Assembly (NCBI GenBank): GCA_026414325.1
Contig: JAOAJF010000001.1
Coordinates: 102,090-140,823 of the forward strand
Reading direction: 5' to 3'
Length of the DNA: 38,734 bases
Origin: Candidatus Micrarchaeota archaeon
Lineage (GTDB): Archaea > Micrarchaeota > Micrarchaeia > Anstonellales > Anstonellaceae
Shown: one piece after another, positions 36,308 through 38,734 of the stretch
Numbering within the stretch: the stretch's first letter is position 1
Layout of the letters: each line of letters opens with the position of its first letter
Notes under the pieces: generated by a model
What the model was told of the DNA's origin: nothing
Database searches by the model: none
The model's input: the letters and a program-made list of their open reading frames with translations, nothing else
Made by a program: the position numbers and the translations under genes

Positions 36308-37627
36308 ATGTATTTTCAAGAAAAAAATAAAGAAAAACAAGTTGTAACTCCAGGCCCTTACATCCCATCTATCTCAGGGGAAGCATTTGATAACTTTAAG
36401 AAAGAATCAGAAATATATAAGGGTTCAAATCTTAATCTTTCGCTTACACAAATTCAGAATTGGGTAAATCTGATTTATTCTTCTGCTGATCTTCTAAATA
36501 CTTATAGTCTTCTAAATACTTATAGTCTTGATAAATTATATAATTTTCCTATTGGCAGCGCTGAACTTGTATTAAAATGGTTTTCAAGTAAAAATTATCT
36601 ACCAGGTCTAGTTTTTTTTTCAAATTTTGTTGGTGTAATAAGAAATGAGAATGATTTATCCAAGTTAGCTGATATATATGGGAAATTAGTACGGGAAGAG
36701 TTAGGTTTCATTTTATCATCCATTTTAAAAAATGAGCAAAACTTTTTACAAGAAAAATTTTTACAAGAAAAAAATAAGCTAATTGATACATTCTTAAAGT
36801 ATGGGTATATTAGTAGAAAAGATACTCAACATTTTAATAAGATAAAAGAAGAATTAGAAAGATCGACACCCAATTTAAAATTTTTAATTACTGAAAACGC
36901 AATCATTCTTCCTCTACCGAAACTTTCTAATAATCAAGTTACTGAGTCATTAACTATCGAATTGGATCTATCTAAAGAAACTGATATCAATTCTTTTATA
37001 AATCTAATAAAATCTTATAACGAGGTTAAGATCGTATTTGCGGGTTTTTCACAGGATGAGGAGAAGAACCTGGTTGGTATATTCACTAATAAGTTAAAAT
37101 CATCAAATTTCTATCGTTCGGAATATACCCCATCTTCTCATGAGCTTATTATAAAATTTAAAAATGAAAAGGAAAGTTCAAATTCTGCAATAATAACAAT
37201 AAAAGAGAAAATCCCACTTGACGCAATTGTTCACAAAAAACAAGAAGACACTTCTGATAAAAATGTTGATAAAGAAAAACCCCAGAGTGCTATCGCTGGG
37301 GAATCTAAAGAAAATAAACAAAAAGAACAACCAAAAATAGAGAAAAAAGAACAACCAACAGTGAAAAAAGAAGAGAAAAAAGAACAACCAACAGTGAAAA
37401 AAGAAGAGAAAAAAGAAGAATTGCCTGATACTTATGAAGAGCTTAAAACGAAAATTCTATCAAAAATAGAAAATGAATCCATCTCATTTTCTTATGATGA
37501 TTTAAAGAAGTCGCTCCTTAATTGGGGCATTTATAGTGATTTCATAATTTTTCTAAATAAAAATGGGATCAAATACGAAATAAATAAAGAAAATGGTACA
37601 ATTATTTTTTTCAAAAACAAAAAATAA
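36308..37627 (+). CDS. Hypothetical protein with in-frame tandem duplications and K/E-rich linker
   Basis: 439-aa ORF with no recognisable motif. Confidence 0.75.
   Translation: MYFQEKNKEKQVVTPGPYIPSISGEAFDNFKKESEIYKGSNLNLSLTQIQNWVNLIYSSADLLNTYSLLNTYSLDKLYNFPIGSAELVLKWFSSKNYLPGLVFFSNFVGVIRNENDLSKLADIYGKLVREELGFILSSILKNEQNFLQEKFLQEKNKLIDTFLKYGYISRKDTQHFNKIKEELERSTPNLKFLITENAIILPLPKLSNNQVTESLTIELDLSKETDINSFINLIKSYNEVKIVFAGFSQDEEKNLVGIFTNKLKSSNFYRSEYTPSSHELIIKFKNEKESSNSAIITIKEKIPLDAIVHKKQEDTSDKNVDKEKPQSAIAGESKENKQKEQPKIEKKEQPTVKKEEKKEQPTVKKEEKKEELPDTYEELKTKILSKIENESISFSYDDLKKSLLNWGIYSDFIIFLNKNGIKYEINKENGTIIFFKNKK
36490..36529 (+). repeat. Perfect 18-bp tandem repeat (LLNTYS x2)
   Basis: TCTTCTAAATACTTATAG x2 followed by TCTT. 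Confidence 0.9.
36743..36772 (+). repeat. Perfect 15-bp tandem repeat (FLQEK x2)
   Basis: TTTTTACAAGAAAAA x2. Confidence 0.85.
37339..37417 (+). repeat. Perfect 33-bp tandem repeat, about 2.4 copies (EKKEQPTVKKE)
   Basis: AGAGAAAAAAGAACAACCAACAGTGAAAAAAGA x2 plus a 13-nt partial copy. Confidence 0.92.
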
Positions 37628-37645
37628 TAACTAGAAGGTGAAATA

Positions 37646-38734
37646 ATGAGGTTTACATATGAAGATAGTTCGCAAAGTTTTTTTAATAATTTTCCATATA
37701 CTAACGCTGCTTTAGCTAAGAAAGAAGAGTTATTAAAAGAACCATTTAAAGATTTTTTTTCTACTTATTTTTCCCCGAGTTCTATAGGACTTTCTGAGCT
37801 TTCATATAAAAATATAAAAAATATTATAAAAAATATAGACACTATTTTTAATGCTTTTCTTTCAAATCCTAATTTAGATAATTTTTTATTTACTATCCTA
37901 GCCTCAAAAATAGAAGAAAGCAAGCAGAAATTCGCAGATTTAGTAAAGAATCTTTCCAGTCTTTCCAGAAAAGATTTTATTCCAGCTATTTCCAGATCTT
38001 CTGCTCAAACCGCATCTGCTATCTCTTATCAAAGGATAAATCCGGAAAGTGAAATCTTTGATGGTAATGCTCTAAGAAATGATGCAGATGCTATTGCAAT
38101 TTTAAATTTTGCTGACCTGAATGCAACCGTCAATATATTCAATAGTTTACATAAAAAAGTAGATCCAAATAAATTAGATGAATTAACACATAGTCTTTTA
38201 CATTTATCTTCAGGAAATATACGTTTAACTATTTATAACAATGGTTTTATCTATTTTTGTGAAGAAGAAATAAAAAACTTAATTGAACAATTTTCAAAAG
38301 CAAACTTTTCAAATAATACTATGATGTTAACTTTATTTAACATCACAATCAACAAGGCAAAAATGCTCTATAATCAATTCGGTCCAGAGAAGGCAAAAGA
38401 ATATTTAAATTATTGTTCCAACGAGATATTACGTATTAACAATCCACTTAATGCTGCAAGAAAGCTTACAATTGGTCCTACAGCACCTGGCGAAATTACC
38501 GTTCGAAAACCAATAAACTTGGTCGAAGATATAATTTATTCTACTAACCCAACTTACACTTTTTTTGGTATGGACCTATCTCCATGGGCTTCTATTTATC
38601 TTGATCGTAGAACAGAACAAAAGTATCCTACAAGAAATGTATTCTATCAAGAACAAGGTGATCTAAAATATACTCTATATAATTTAGCTAATTTTTATGA
38701 GTATGGGGGTGGAATTACTGGCCCCTATCTATCC
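37646..38734 (+). CDS. Large hypothetical protein, 3'-truncated by the window edge
   Basis: Not in the ORF track. GGTG lies 5 nt before ATG 37646 (MRFTYEDSSQ...), and the frame reads open to the window end (...YEYGGGITGPLS). Confidence 0.8.
   Translation, partial: MRFTYEDSSQSFFNNFPYTNAALAKKEELLKEPFKDFFSTYFSPSSIGLSELSYKNIKNIIKNIDTIFNAFLSNPNLDNFLFTILASKIEESKQKFADLVKNLSSLSRKDFIPAISRSSAQTASAISYQRINPESEIFDGNALRNDADAIAILNFADLNATVNIFNSLHKKVDPNKLDELTHSLLHLSSGNIRLTIYNNGFIYFCEEEIKNLIEQFSKANFSNNTMMLTLFNITINKAKMLYNQFGPEKAKEYLNYCSNEILRINNPLNAARKLTIGPTAPGEITVRKPINLVEDIIYSTNPTYTFFGMDLSPWASIYLDRRTEQKYPTRNVFYQEQGDLKYTLYNLANFYEYGGGITGPYLS

Noticed and set aside
2766-37387. Other short overlapping ORFs in the track (e.g. 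4489, 7253, 7853, 10963, 15929, 31426, 34471, 37178)
   Set aside because: They lie antisense to or within well-supported genes and have no motifs or SD signals.
37339-37417. 33-bp repeat as a CRISPR array or DGR template/variable repeat
   Set aside because: The copies are contiguous with no spacers or A-specific mismatches, and no cas or reverse transcriptase gene is in the window.

Overview
AT-rich archaeal chromosomal segment, most consistent with a DPANN archaeon of the Micrarchaeota type. This is an inference from archaeal informational genes, an unfused PriL/PriS primase, DPANN-style pilin-like genes and very compact intergenic spacing. Contents, left to right: a truncated type IV pilus/secretion ATPase, a PH-domain membrane protein and four class III signal-peptide proteins; Trm5-family methyltransferase, leuS, nnrD, intron-containing tRNA-Leu(CAA) and rpiA; a flavodoxin-fold reductase, a 59-nt GC-rich candidate ncRNA, dnaG, tRNA-Val(GAC), tfb, DUF5752-like gene, priL-priS and dCMP deaminase; guaAB and guaAA separated by an apparently frameshifted orphan gene; an AbiEii-like nucleotidyltransferase divergent from a tandem-LOG protein; pyrE/pyrF, MFS and TauE transporters, thioredoxin-like plus GT2 genes, speB, UbiA-family prenyltransferase, purC and purE; the conserved rpl21e-rpo4-DUF655-rsmA cluster; DUF92 and two orphan proteins with in-frame tandem duplications. 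The most striking item is a complete stand-alone 96-aa single-repeat TATA-binding protein (half-TBP, 35320-35610). It occurs alongside symmetric divergent promoters and tandem TATA boxes 17 bp apart upstream of both tfb and the half-TBP. No CRISPR array, rRNA, transposase or reverse transcriptase was seen. All family calls are from motif recognition by eye; no searches were run.
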